DNA of 63,984 bases, the filler included, from an uncultured bacterium (GTDB lineage: Bacteria > CAZSTA01), in assembly GCA_964609495.1 (NCBI GenBank). It is 4 parts of 4 records of this genome, joined end to end, with 100 filler letters (N's around TTAATTAATTAA, not from the genome) between each part and the next. Parts side by side here need not be neighbours in the genome. Positions count along the whole stretch, not along the records: positions 16,820 to 33,445 come from CAZSTA010000069.1; positions 33,546 to 50,086 come from CAZSTA010000070.1; 2 more parts are not named here. The stretch is one strand, 5' to 3'. A program made the position numbers and the translations under genes. Shown piece after piece: positions 28,457 through 38,373 of this stretch (position 1 is the first letter of the stretch; each line of letters begins with the position of its first letter). The notes under the pieces are model-generated. The model was not told where the DNA came from, did no database searches, and saw only the letters and a list, made by a program, of their open reading frames with translations.

Positions 28457-29917
28457 TTATCCTAAGAATTTTCTCAAATGTGCTGCTCTTAGAACGAACT
28501 CTCCTAAACCTTCAGTTCTATCTTCTCTCAACGAACGGGCGATGTAATCTGTTACTTCTTTATGCTCTTCATCTGGTTGGCAATCTATCGGGAGATCTCT
28601 AACCCTCTCTTCAAGGGCTTTTGGTAGTAAACTTGTATTTTGGTTAAAATATTTGAGAGAATCCCTTAGATCAGCCTCAAAATTTATGTAGACTTCCCTA
28701 ACAAATTGAATATCATCTTCATCCAAAGCATTCAAGCCTAGAATTTCTGGTGGCAAACCTAAGGAATAAAGGGCAGATGTAAATGCTATTGCTCTTGGTA
28801 ACGTAATCCCTCCTACGCTACGGGAGTAACCGAATAGGCCTATATGCAACTTCCTTTTCCTTCTACTCGGAACATATCTTGCGATCTTACTGATTATTGG
28901 GGCTAATGTGGTGATTTGTCTTTGATATTCATAAGAATATTTTCCGATTACTTCCAAGCCCCTTTCTTCATCCACTTCCTGGGGCAAACCTGTCTTTCTT
29001 TCCTGTAGTTTTCTTATAGCTTCTCTGACCTGGTCAGGGGGATTGTCATATTTGAATGCGGATTGAATGGTAAAGGTATGAGCGCTTGGGTATTCCTCGG
29101 CAACCGCTTCTACTGTTTGTGGTCTGAGATTACCTCTAAAGGGAGCTGACCCTACTCCAATGATAGGATATATTTTAACCCCCATATCGTCTGACAACCT
29201 TTGCAACCTTTGAAGGGCGATCTTGTTTAAGAGGACCGCACTAATAAGCCCATAGTTCATTGCTGGATCTGACCTCGCCAGGAATACTCTTTGATATTCT
29301 ACATTCTTATCTTGCAGATATATCCTGGTCATATTGTGGGCCTCAAGCATATGCTCCATATCCTCAAAAAGAGGTATAACGTTAATTGTTTCAGGCTTGA
29401 ATTCTCCGATCCATTCGGCGATCGTTATATCACCTTCCCTAAAGGGTTTATTCTGTTTTCCCACCACAAAATCGCAATAGTATCGGTAAATTCTATTAAG
29501 GCACTTAGGAGAAGCTGTCATCGGCAGGATAACTTCGAATACCGGAGGCGTATCCTCTCGGTAGAATAGTTTAGCCGCATCAAATGACCTGGGTATGCTT
29601 TCCAGAGTTTCCAATAGAATTTTCGCTTCAGCTTTCTCCACAGTTGGATTAGGGATCCTTAACGTCACAAATACATCTCTTCCTAATCTCTTTTCCCTGA
29701 AAAATGGCTCATATTTTGTCAATAGTTTCTTGACCACAAAATTATCGACTTCTTTGCCCTCACAATCCCACATCTGTTCATCGCAACTTAAATGGGAGAA
29801 GGCATAATAGGCCTCCTGTATCTCATCTTCCCCCCCAAGGACAGCATTTTCCACAAAAAACGGGAGATTTACATTATCAGGATGTTGGGTGCTCATACAT
29901 CTTGGTATTTTTATCAT
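28457..29917 (-). CDS. ppcA: Archaeal-type phosphoenolpyruvate carboxylase
   Basis: IPRCMSTQHPDN; EQMWDCEGK; FLARSDPAMNYG; GSAPFRG; LFGYSR; LPRAI; 486 aa. Confidence 0.95.
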   Translation of the reverse strand: MIKIPRCMSTQHPDNVNLPFFVENAVLGGEDEIQEAYYAFSHLSCDEQMWDCEGKEVDNFVVKKLLTKYEPFFREKRLGRDVFVTLRIPNPTVEKAEAKILLETLESIPRSFDAAKLFYREDTPPVFEVILPMTASPKCLNRIYRYYCDFVVGKQNKPFREGDITIAEWIGEFKPETINVIPLFEDMEHMLEAHNMTRIYLQDKNVEYQRVFLARSDPAMNYGLISAVLLNKIALQRLQRLSDDMGVKIYPIIGVGSAPFRGNLRPQTVEAVAEEYPSAHTFTIQSAFKYDNPPDQVREAIRKLQERKTGLPQEVDEERGLEVIGKYSYEYQRQITTLAPIISKIARYVPSRRKRKLHIGLFGYSRSVGGITLPRAIAFTSALYSLGLPPEILGLNALDEDDIQFVREVYINFEADLRDSLKYFNQNTSLLPKALEERVRDLPIDCQPDEEHKEVTDYIARSLREDRTEGLGEFVLRAAHLRKFLG

Positions 29918-30064
29918 CTGAACTGCTCCATATCTGGACTATTAGGCGTTAATAACAATATAATAGAGCGGATGCAAAGCCACCCGCTCCAATCGAGATA
30001 ATCAATTACCTTCTTAACTAGGAAGATCAAGATCGGTATGGCATCATAGCATAGATATAACCAA

Positions 30065-30096
30065 ATTGGCTGTCAACATTTGAGCTGACAGCCAAT
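30065..30096. repeat. TGGCTGTCA...TGACAGCCA palindrome, copy 1
   Basis: 11-bp stem ATTGGCTGTCA/TGACAGCCAAT; same core at 58901-58931. Confidence 0.6.
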
Positions 30097-30116
30097 CAAA
30101 ATGATTTCTTAGTTAG

Positions 30117-31373
30117 TTAAGATAGAAACTCTTGAGGGTCAGTGATCTCGCCCTTCAAAGCGGAAGCGGCAACTGTGGCTGGAGAGCCAAGATAGATGAA
30201 AGCGTTGGGATTGCCCATCCTACCCTTGAAGTTTCGATTGGCTGTGGAGATCACATTCTCTCCGTCGGAGGGGACGCCGTTATGAGCACCAACGCATGGC
30301 CCACAACCCGGGGTAATGACTGCGGCTCCAGCCTCTACTAAAGTCCCAATTACCCCCTCCTCAATAGCCTCAAGAAGTATCTTCTTCGAAGCTGGGCCTA
30401 CTATGAAGCGGACATCTTCGGGTATCCTCTTACCCGCCAGGATAGAAGCGGCTATTTTAAGATCTTCCAGACGCCCACCAGTGCAGGTCCCCACGAAAGC
30501 CTCGTTAATGGGTGTTCCTACCACCTCGGATATAGGCACAACGTTATCAACAGTATGAGGTTTGGCTATTTGAGGCTCTAAGGTGGAGACATCATATTCT
30601 AACACCTCGGCGTAGGCGGCATCTTCATCGGGGAAGACTGGAGTGAAGTCTCTGTCGGAATGAGCTTTGACCCACTCAATAGTTTTCTCATCAGCCACCA
30701 TCAAGCCAGCCTTGGCTCCCATCTCCACCGCCATATTGGAGATAGTGAACCTAGCATCCATACTAAGTCCATCTATAGCCTCTCCACCATATTCAACTGA
30801 TTTATAGGTTGCGCCATCAGCACCGATCTGCCCTATTAGGTAAAGGATCAGATCCTTAGAGTAAACTCCGCGAGGCAACCTCCCGTTGAGGACAAACTTT
30901 ATCGATTCGGGCACTTTAAACCATAACTTGCCGGAGATCATAGCCGCTGCTAGATCAGTTGATCCCACTCCGGTGGAGAAGACGTTGATCGCTCCATAAG
31001 TGCAGGTGTGAGAATCGGAGGCGATAACCAGATCGCCGGGAACTACATGGCCTTGCTCTGGCATAAGCTGATGACAGATACCTTCACCTACATCGTATAA
31101 CTTTAATTTATGCTTCTTTTTGAAATCCCTCATCAATTTGTGCAAGGAGGATACCCCGGAGCTGGGACTAGGAGCACTATGATCTATAACCGCGATTATC
31201 AGATCAGGATCAAGGACCTTCTCCGCATTCATCTCCTCAAACGACTTGATGGCTAAGGGAAAAGTTCCATCATGCCCCATAACAGCATCTAACTCGGCGA
31301 TAACGATATCTCCAGCGTAGGCATCCTTATGGCTATGCTGGCTTAATATCTTCTCCGCGATAGTTTTCCCCAT
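30117..31373 (-). CDS. leuC: LeuC/HacA-family large subunit (possibly aconitase large subunit)
   Basis: [42 protein letters not shown]. Confidence 0.88.
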   Translation of the reverse strand: MGKTIAEKILSQHSHKDAYAGDIVIAELDAVMGHDGTFPLAIKSFEEMNAEKVLDPDLIIAVIDHSAPSPSSGVSSLHKLMRDFKKKHKLKLYDVGEGICHQLMPEQGHVVPGDLVIASDSHTCTYGAINVFSTGVGSTDLAAAMISGKLWFKVPESIKFVLNGRLPRGVYSKDLILYLIGQIGADGATYKSVEYGGEAIDGLSMDARFTISNMAVEMGAKAGLMVADEKTIEWVKAHSDRDFTPVFPDEDAAYAEVLEYDVSTLEPQIAKPHTVDNVVPISEVVGTPINEAFVGTCTGGRLEDLKIAASILAGKRIPEDVRFIVGPASKKILLEAIEEGVIGTLVEAGAAVITPGCGPCVGAHNGVPSDGENVISTANRNFKGRMGNPNAFIYLGSPATVAASALKGEITDPQEFLS

Positions 31374-32533
31374 CAGCTAATCCCCTTCTTATTTCTTTTA
31401 TATTCCTCATAAACATCCCTCAGCTCTCCTGCGGTGGGAGTTCTCTTCAACTCGACCGTCTCTACTCGCAATATCTCCAATAGCTCTCGAGCTTCCTGCT
31501 CCGTCAGCTCGATACCTATAGAGCCGTATCTATTTCTCACTGCGGCCATACCGGAGTGCTTCCCGATATTTATCCTCCGTCCACTCATTCCTACATCCTC
31601 GGGCAGGAAGGTCTCATAATTTCTTGGATCCTTGATGACTCCGTCAGCGTGAATTCCAGAGGCATGAGAGAAGACTCGCTCGCCAATTATGGGTTTCCAG
31701 ATGGGGAGTTCACAATGAGAAGCCAGGGCTACATAGTCGCATACCTCTTTGAACATAGTGGTATCTATCCCCACATCGACTCCCATCGTGATCTTAAGAG
31801 CCATAACAACCTCCTCTAAAGCCGCGTTTCCAGCTCGCTCTCCCAATCCGTTCATAGTAGCACCAATCCAGCCCGCTCCAGCTCTCACTCCTGCCAGAGA
31901 ATTAGCAACAGCCATTCCCATATCATTATGGCAATGCATCTCTATATCGATCCCTACCTCATCTATTATCGTCTTGACCATATCATAGGTCGCGACAGGA
32001 TCAACGTAACCCACGGTATCGCAGAATCTCAAACGATCCGCTCCCGCGTCTTTAACTACTTTTGCAAATTTCAGGAGGAAATCCATATCCGTGCGGGTGG
32101 AATCCTCAGCGTTGGCTGAGACATACATCCCTTTGCTCTTGGCATATTCAACGGCTTTTGCCTCCGTGTCCAGAACCCACTGTTTGGTCTTCATCAACTT
32201 ATGCTCGATCATAATATCGGAGGTGGATATCGAGGCACAGCACGAATCCAAACCCAGATCTATAGAGGTTTGAAGTTCCTTGATGATAGGACGATGCCAG
32301 CCCAACAGACTAGCATTGATTCGCCCCGCATCTCTCTCCTTTACCAAAGCCTTCAGATAACTTTGCTCATATCCCCGCTCTGAGGGGAAACCAACCTCTA
32401 TCTGGTGAACTCCCATATCAGACAAATATTTAGCTATGGTCAACTTCTCTCTATTAGAGAAGACAACTCCGTAGGTCTGCTCTCCATCTCGCAAGGTTAC
32501 ATCGTTTATTCTAACCTTATGTTCGACTATCAA
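31373..32533 (-). CDS. nifV: NifV/homocitrate-synthase-family DRE-TIM acyltransferase, probably Re-citrate synthase
   Basis: [29 protein letters not shown]; no LeuA regulatory domain; operon with icd and ppcA. Confidence 0.78.
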   Translation of the reverse strand: MIVEHKVRINDVTLRDGEQTYGVVFSNREKLTIAKYLSDMGVHQIEVGFPSERGYEQSYLKALVKERDAGRINASLLGWHRPIIKELQTSIDLGLDSCCASISTSDIMIEHKLMKTKQWVLDTEAKAVEYAKSKGMYVSANAEDSTRTDMDFLLKFAKVVKDAGADRLRFCDTVGYVDPVATYDMVKTIIDEVGIDIEMHCHNDMGMAVANSLAGVRAGAGWIGATMNGLGERAGNAALEEVVMALKITMGVDVGIDTTMFKEVCDYVALASHCELPIWKPIIGERVFSHASGIHADGVIKDPRNYETFLPEDVGMSGRRINIGKHSGMAAVRNRYGSIGIELTEQEARELLEILRVETVELKRTPTAGELRDVYEEYKRNKKGIS

Positions 32534-32588
32534 TTGTTCATATCTCCTTTCTTATCTTCCTAATTGTGTTATCTCAAATTTAGTGATT

Positions 32589-32617
32589 ATTATACAATAT
32601 CTAGGGATATTTGTCAA
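32589..32617 (-). promoter_or_regulatory. Consensus sigma70 promoter for the synthase-leuC-ppcA-leuD-icd operon
   Basis: Minus strand TTGACA-17-TATAAT. Confidence 0.8.
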
Positions 32618-32678
32618 GAAATTGCAAATTTTCGTCTTAAAAAGAATTAATATGACAATCCTTCGGCAAGCGAGAGAC

Positions 32679-33344
32679 TTATTTAATATACTTCTCTTTT
32701 CTCTTCCTTAGATTAATTATCCTCTTTACCAGAGCCTCGCGCACCTCGATAGCTTGATCGAAGATCACCCTCGTCTGGACTATAGGAACTATACCGCTAT
32801 TTTCGATCTTAATTACCGCCTCCAGGCACTTCTCCAAACTAGCAAGGGCTCTCTTGCATTTAGCGATATTGCCACACAATCTATCTTTACTATATCCGAT
32901 CTCATGACCAGCCGCGATATTAGCCTCCACCATCAAGCTACTGCTCTGAAGTCTATACACATCCTCATTTTGCAATTTCCCGTCGTAGATAGGAGTGACA
33001 AAGTTATGCACCGCGCTAGCGAAAAGATGTGCTTTCTGCCAAACAGGAATAAACCTAAAACTTTTAGCGCTCCTTTGCCTCCGTAAATCTATCTGATTAT
33101 CAGCTTTATAATTATGTTCGTCATCTGCACCCTTGTCATCTATATTCTCAAAACCGAACTCGGCATACATTCGGTAAAGTTGAGATGAGGAACTATAATA
33201 TTTCTCTATCTTCTGACCTCTCCCTTGTATTTCCTCCTTCCACCTATCGAGAAATTCGTCTTCCTCTTGAAAGAGGGCTTCCCAATCATCCTCATCCCAA
33301 TCTTCTGTTTCGAAATCACCGATATAATTCCATATATCGGACAT
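32679..33344 (-). CDS. Hypothetical protein: acidic N-terminus + four-helix-bundle (23S rRNA-IVP-like) domain
   Basis: DWDEDDWEALF; PVWQKAH...SSLMVEANIAAGH...KRALASL pattern; AGGAG SD. Confidence 0.6.
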   Translation of the reverse strand: MSDIWNYIGDFETEDWDEDDWEALFQEEDEFLDRWKEEIQGRGQKIEKYYSSSSQLYRMYAEFGFENIDDKGADDEHNYKADNQIDLRRQRSAKSFRFIPVWQKAHLFASAVHNFVTPIYDGKLQNEDVYRLQSSSLMVEANIAAGHEIGYSKDRLCGNIAKCKRALASLEKCLEAVIKIENSGIVPIVQTRVIFDQAIEVREALVKRIINLRKRKEKYIK

Positions 33345-33445
33345 CTTCTTCTCCTTTCACATAATTTCGGAGTTCAAAATAAAGTAATTCAATTTCTATC
33401 ATTATATCATAAAAGAGTGCTTTTTTCAATACTAATTGGATCTAA

Positions 33446-33545
33446 NNNNNNNNNNNNNNNNNNNNNNNNNNNNNNNNNNNNNNNNNNNNTTAATTAATTA
33501 ANNNNNNNNNNNNNNNNNNNNNNNNNNNNNNNNNNNNNNNNNNNN
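33446..33545. other. Artificial contig-joining linker
   Basis: N44-TTAATTAATTAA-N44. Confidence 0.97.
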
Positions 33546-33546
33546 T

Positions 33547-33714
33547 GATAAGCCTCCCTCCTCTGACGCTAAGAAGTGGATCGATCGGGCTATGGAAATA
33601 AGCTTTAAAGAAGCCTACGAATTGATACCAACGGCGGCTTTTATCGATGATGTCCTAGGTATTATTCAGAAGCATACCGATTTAGATTCTCTAGAGCTTT
33701 CGGATATCAGCTAA
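33547..33714 (+). CDS. 3' fragment of an unknown CDS at the contig start
   Basis: Open frame DKPPSSDAKKWIDRAMEISFKEAYELIPTAAFIDDVLGIIQKHTDLDSLELSDIS* from the contig edge. Confidence 0.5.
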   Translation, partial: DKPPSSDAKKWIDRAMEISFKEAYELIPTAAFIDDVLGIIQKHTDLDSLELSDIS

Positions 33715-33750
33715 TTCAGAGATATAGGAGAAGTAAGGGATCGGTAGCCC

Positions 33751-34794
33751 TCACTCTAATATTACCTCGACTGCCTTCCTCTCCTGAGCTGATTTATATA
33801 TTCCCCATAGTATTTCTGAGACCTTTCTTCCCTCTCTCCCATCGATCCAGAAAGATCTATCTTCTCGCACAGAGTTTACGAAATCCTCTATCTGCAAAGG
33901 GTGAGTTTTGCCCCAACCTCCTGCCCCAAACATCTCCCCTTCTCTCTCATCTATCCCTAACTCGTTCTGATCGAGAGGAGGAGCGAATTCCCAATAGGCA
34001 ATCTCGTTATCCTCAATGATCACAGATCCTCTAGTTCCATGTATCTCTAACCTAGTTGACCAATCGATGTAAGAAGAATTAGTGGAAACGATTGCTCCTA
34101 AGGCGCCATCTTTGAATCTTATGGTAGCCACAGCGTTATCCTCCACTTCTGCTTTATGGGTTAGAGTGGCAAGTTGTCCAGCTATCTCTATCGCAGGCCC
34201 CATCACCCAGTTTAGTAGATCTATAGTATGAATTATCTGGGTGGTAAGTGTTCCTCCCCCCTCCTTATCAAGCTTTCCATGCCAGAGGCTCTTATCGTAG
34301 TAATCCTGAGTCCTATAGCATTTCATCATAGCTAGCCCCATAACAAGTCGTCCAAATCTGCCCCTCTGAAATGCTTTATACAGCTTTTGGGAAGAGGGAT
34401 TATATCTATTCTGAAATACTATTCCTAACTTAACATCAGCTTCTTCACAAGCGGCTATCATCTCGTCTGCTTGTTGGGTATTGATGGCGATTGGTTTCTC
34501 GCAAAGGACGTGTTTTCCCGCCTTGGCTGCGGCGACGGTCGCTTCACAATGCAGATAGTGAGGAAGGCATATCGATACTATATCGATATCATCTCTAGCC
34601 AGCAGGTCGTTGTAGTTGCTATACCAATGAGGCACCTCATATTCTTCGGCTCTGCTTTTGGCTCTCTCCCCTACTATATCAGCCACTGCTACTAACTCTA
34701 CCCCATCCAACTTTTTAACACTTCCGGCGTGATTAGGGAAGATCCTTCCACAACCTATGATGCCATATCCTATCTCCCCGCTTTTCTTCTCCAT
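33751..34794 (-). CDS. Gfo/Idh/MocA family oxidoreductase
   Basis: GIIGCG; AGKHVLCEKP; FQNRY; GGG...HTID; EDNA. Confidence 0.93.
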   Translation of the reverse strand: MEKKSGEIGYGIIGCGRIFPNHAGSVKKLDGVELVAVADIVGERAKSRAEEYEVPHWYSNYNDLLARDDIDIVSICLPHYLHCEATVAAAKAGKHVLCEKPIAINTQQADEMIAACEEADVKLGIVFQNRYNPSSQKLYKAFQRGRFGRLVMGLAMMKCYRTQDYYDKSLWHGKLDKEGGGTLTTQIIHTIDLLNWVMGPAIEIAGQLATLTHKAEVEDNAVATIRFKDGALGAIVSTNSSYIDWSTRLEIHGTRGSVIIEDNEIAYWEFAPPLDQNELGIDEREGEMFGAGGWGKTHPLQIEDFVNSVREDRSFWIDGREGRKVSEILWGIYKSAQERKAVEVILE

Positions 34795-34838
34795 TTCATC
34801 TCTCCTTGTATTACTCCTCGGTGATAATTGGCAAGATG

Positions 34839-34930
34839 ATTATACTATAGTTATGATCAGAAGTCAAGCCCATTTTCATACTCGGCACATCTCACAGATA
34901 TTTGCAATTTCGGGAAAAAAATGATATAAT
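34839..34930. promoter_or_regulatory. Divergent sigma70 promoters (Gfo/Idh/MocA gene and sucC)
   Basis: Minus: TTGACT(34867-34862)-17-TATAAT; plus: TTGCAA(34902)-17-TATAAT(34925) with extended TG. Confidence 0.7.
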
Positions 34931-34968
34931 CTCTATAGATTTAATGAAGATGGTTTTTGAGGATCACT

Positions 34969-36135
34969 ATGAAGATACATGAGCATCAAGCTAAGGATAT
35001 CTTCCGTAGATATAACATACCGATCCCGAGAGGAATGATAGCTCACACTCCTGAGGAGGCGAAGGCAATAGCCTGCGAGTTGGGAGGGGAAGTAGCGATA
35101 AAAGCTCAGGTGCTGGAAAGCGATAGGAGCTTACATGGGGGAATCAAATTCGCCTCCGATCCTGAGAGAGTCAAACAGATAGCAGAGGAGATGCTAAACC
35201 TCGAGATCGGGAGAGTCAAGGTTCAGCGGATATTGGTGGAGAAGAAGATAGATTGGGTTCGAGAGCTTTACATCGGGATGACGGTAGATCGTGATAACCA
35301 AAGCATCGCAATGATAGCCGGATCTAGAGGAGGGACCGGGGTGGAACGAACAGCCTTGGAAGACCCAACTCATACTTCTAAGTTATACATCGATTCAACG
35401 GCTGGCTTTCTCGATTACCAAGCCAGATCCGCAGCCTATTTTCTTCAATTGGCTCCAGAGTTGATATCGAAGGCGATCTCTATATTAGAACAACTTTATC
35501 AAGTATTCATAGATTATGATTGTTCCCTGGTGGAGGTTAATCCTCTGGCCATCACCAAAGAAGGTGAGATATACGCCCTAGATGCCAAAATAGACTTTGA
35601 TGATAATGGACTCTTTAAGCGTCGGGATGAAAAGGAGAAATTACGAGATGTGGAGATAGAGGATCCTTTAGAGAGGCTAGCTAGGGAGATGGGCATTATA
35701 AAATATGTCAGGTTAAGTGGAGATATCGGGGTTATAGGCAATGGCGCTGGTCTGATCATGGCTACTTTGGATATGCTCGATGGGGCAGGAGGGAAACCAG
35801 CCGCTTTTTTGGAGATCGGAAGTGGCGCTAATACAGATAAAACAGTGTATAATGCGATGGAGCTCCTGTTATCTGATCCTCAAGTTTCGCTCATATTATT
35901 TAACGTATTCGGGGGCTTCACTCGCTGCGATGAAGTAGCCAAGGGAATATTCAAGGCCTTATCCGATCTTGAGCCTAAAATACCGATTGTGGTCAGATTG
36001 GGAGGAACTCTTGCCGAAGAGGGTCTCGAGCTTTTAAGAAATACCGACGCTTATCTAGTGGATACTATGGAAAAGGCGGTTAAAAAGGCGATGACTTTGG
36101 TTTCAACCGATAATACGGAAGTTAAAAATCAATGA
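34969..36135 (+). CDS. sucC: Succinate--CoA ligase beta subunit (divergent ATP-grasp loop)
   Basis: [51 protein letters not shown]. Confidence 0.88.
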   Translation: MKIHEHQAKDIFRRYNIPIPRGMIAHTPEEAKAIACELGGEVAIKAQVLESDRSLHGGIKFASDPERVKQIAEEMLNLEIGRVKVQRILVEKKIDWVRELYIGMTVDRDNQSIAMIAGSRGGTGVERTALEDPTHTSKLYIDSTAGFLDYQARSAAYFLQLAPELISKAISILEQLYQVFIDYDCSLVEVNPLAITKEGEIYALDAKIDFDDNGLFKRRDEKEKLRDVEIEDPLERLAREMGIIKYVRLSGDIGVIGNGAGLIMATLDMLDGAGGKPAAFLEIGSGANTDKTVYNAMELLLSDPQVSLILFNVFGGFTRCDEVAKGIFKALSDLEPKIPIVVRLGGTLAEEGLELLRNTDAYLVDTMEKAVKKAMTLVSTDNTEVKNQ

Positions 36136-37253
36136 TAAAAGACAAACGAAGTATGAATATCCTAGTAGGAGCGGATACCAGATTAATTATACAAGGCATA
36201 ACCGGTAGAGAAGGCAGATTTCATGCTCGACAGATGCTAGATTATGGGACCAAAGTGGTAGCTGGAGTCACCCCTGGTAAAGGTGGAGGGAGTGTTGAGG
36301 GAATCCCTGTATATAATACAATCCGCGAAGCTAAGGAGAATGAGGGAGCTAATACCTCAATAATTTTTGTCCCTGCCAAATGGGCCCTAGATGCGATTTA
36401 TGAGGCTATCGATGCCAAGATCGATTTGATCGTCTGCGTTACCGAGGGGATCCCGGTCTTGGATATGGTGGAGGTCTATAGCTATATTAAACGTAGCGGT
36501 TCCAGATTAGTTGGCCCTAACTGCCCAGGGATAATCTCACCTGGGAGAGCTAAAGTAGGGATAATGCCTGGCAACATCTTCCAACCGGGAGGAGTGGGAG
36601 TGGTATCCAGGAGTGGAGCCTTATCTTATGAGATCGTGTATGAATTGACCTTGAGAGGGATAGGTCAATCTACCTGTTTAGGCATTGGAGGAGATCCAGT
36701 TGTAGGAACCTCCTTTATCGACACGCTTAAACTCTTCGAGGAAGATCGCGATACCGAGGCTATAGTGCTGGTAGGAGAGATCGGGGGGAGTGAAGAGGAG
36801 AATGCGGCTGAGTTCATCGCTAAACAGATGAAGAAACCTGTTGTTGGTTACATCGCTGGTAAGATCGCTCTTCCTGAGAGAAGGATGGGGCATGCCGGAG
36901 CGATAATCTCTGAGGGCAAAGGCACCGCGGAGGCTAAGATCAATGCCTTTCGCAGAGCAGATATCCCGATAGCGGATACTCCGGCAGAGGTAGCCAGGAT
37001 GGTCGCTCTGCTCCTCTCTATACACATTAATGAGGCTTGGTGTAAGGGATGCGGAATCTGTGTCGAATTCTGTCCGAATAAGGTTTTGAGCCTTAGGGAT
37101 GATCTTAAACCCAGAGTCGCTAATCCCGGTCGTTGTATTCAGTGTGGCCTATGTGAAGCTTTGTGTCCTGACTTCGCTATCTCGATTGAGAAGATAGACG
37201 AGATGGTTCGAGTGGGAAGAGGTGAGAGAAGTGAGTGGGGTAGGCAAGGTTAG
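36132..37253 (+). CDS. sucD: Succinate--CoA ligase alpha subunit fused to a C-terminal 2x[4Fe-4S] ferredoxin (KorD-like)
   Basis: [24 protein letters not shown]; then [13 protein letters not shown] and [16 protein letters not shown]. Confidence 0.9.
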   Translation: MIKDKRSMNILVGADTRLIIQGITGREGRFHARQMLDYGTKVVAGVTPGKGGGSVEGIPVYNTIREAKENEGANTSIIFVPAKWALDAIYEAIDAKIDLIVCVTEGIPVLDMVEVYSYIKRSGSRLVGPNCPGIISPGRAKVGIMPGNIFQPGGVGVVSRSGALSYEIVYELTLRGIGQSTCLGIGGDPVVGTSFIDTLKLFEEDRDTEAIVLVGEIGGSEEENAAEFIAKQMKKPVVGYIAGKIALPERRMGHAGAIISEGKGTAEAKINAFRRADIPIADTPAEVARMVALLLSIHINEAWCKGCGICVEFCPNKVLSLRDDLKPRVANPGRCIQCGLCEALCPDFAISIEKIDEMVRVGRGERSEWGRQG

Positions 37254-38373
37254 ACTGATGGAGGGGAATGAAGCTTGTGCCGAGGGAGCGCTGGCGGCTG
37301 GATTGAAGTTCTTCGCGGGCTATCCGATCACCCCCTCCTCGGAGATCGCGGAGCTTCTCGCCTGGCGACTTCCTCAGATAGGAGGCAAATTCATCCAGAT
37401 GGAGGATGAGATCGCTTCGATGGCCGCCGTTATCGGAGCATCTCTAGCGGGATCAAAGGCGATGACGGCCACCAGTGGTCCTGGTTTCTCCCTCCTGCAG
37501 GAGAATATCGGCTTTGCAATCATGGCTGAGATACCCTGCGTTGTCGTCGATGTTCAACGAATGGGGCCAAGCACTGGCTCACCTACTAAGCCGGCTCAAG
37601 GGGATGTTATGCAAGCCAGATGGGGAACTCATGGAGATCACCCGGTTATAGCCTTAGCTCCCTCCTCGGTCGAGGAGACCTATCGATTGACGATAGACGC
37701 CTTCAACTTAGCAGAGGAGTACAGAACCTGTATCTTTATTATGTTAGATGAGTTAGTAGCTCATATGAGAGAGCGAGTCGAGCTCCTTCCCCCCGATAAG
37801 ATCAAGATAATTAATAGGGTTAAACCAAAGGTTCCTCCCGAGGAGTATAATCCCTATTCTGCTCCGCCCGCGGGAGTGCCTCAGATGGCTAATTTTGGAG
37901 AGGGATATCGCTATCATGTGACTGGCTTAATTCATGATAAAACCGGTTTTCCCACTGAGGATCCCAAGGAGATAGAGTTCCTCATAACTCGTCTTACCAA
38001 TAAGATAATTCATAACGCGGGAGATATAGTTCATTGGGAGGAAAAATTTATGGAGGATGCGATCTTTGCGGTCTTCGCTTATGGATCAACAGCGAGATCA
38101 GCTCTGCATGCGGTGAAGATGGCTCGTCAAGAGGGGATAAAAGTTGGCTTCATACGCCCCATCACTTTATGGCCCTTCCCCACGAAGATGATCGATCGAG
38201 CGGTGCAATCGGTGAATCGCATCATCGTCGCTGAGATGAATCTAGGACAGATGTATCACGAGGTGAAAAAGGTGAGTCAAGGACGAGCGGAGGTCGAGAT
38301 ATTATCCCGAGTTGATGGGGAGTTGTTCACTCCTCAAGAGATATTATACAGGATAAAGGAGACAAGTGGATGA
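37222..38373 (+). CDS. korA: 2-oxoacid:ferredoxin oxidoreductase alpha subunit
   Basis: [50 protein letters not shown]. Confidence 0.92.
   Translation: MREVSGVGKVRLMEGNEACAEGALAAGLKFFAGYPITPSSEIAELLAWRLPQIGGKFIQMEDEIASMAAVIGASLAGSKAMTATSGPGFSLLQENIGFAIMAEIPCVVVDVQRMGPSTGSPTKPAQGDVMQARWGTHGDHPVIALAPSSVEETYRLTIDAFNLAEEYRTCIFIMLDELVAHMRERVELLPPDKIKIINRVKPKVPPEEYNPYSAPPAGVPQMANFGEGYRYHVTGLIHDKTGFPTEDPKEIEFLITRLTNKIIHNAGDIVHWEEKFMEDAIFAVFAYGSTARSALHAVKMARQEGIKVGFIRPITLWPFPTKMIDRAVQSVNRIIVAEMNLGQMYHEVKKVSQGRAEVEILSRVDGELFTPQEILYRIKETSG

Noticed and set aside
30117-32533. Nitrogen fixation or leucine biosynthesis inferred from nifV/leuC labels
   Set aside because: No nif genes nearby, no LeuA regulatory domain, and the linked dehydrogenase has isocitrate-type residues.
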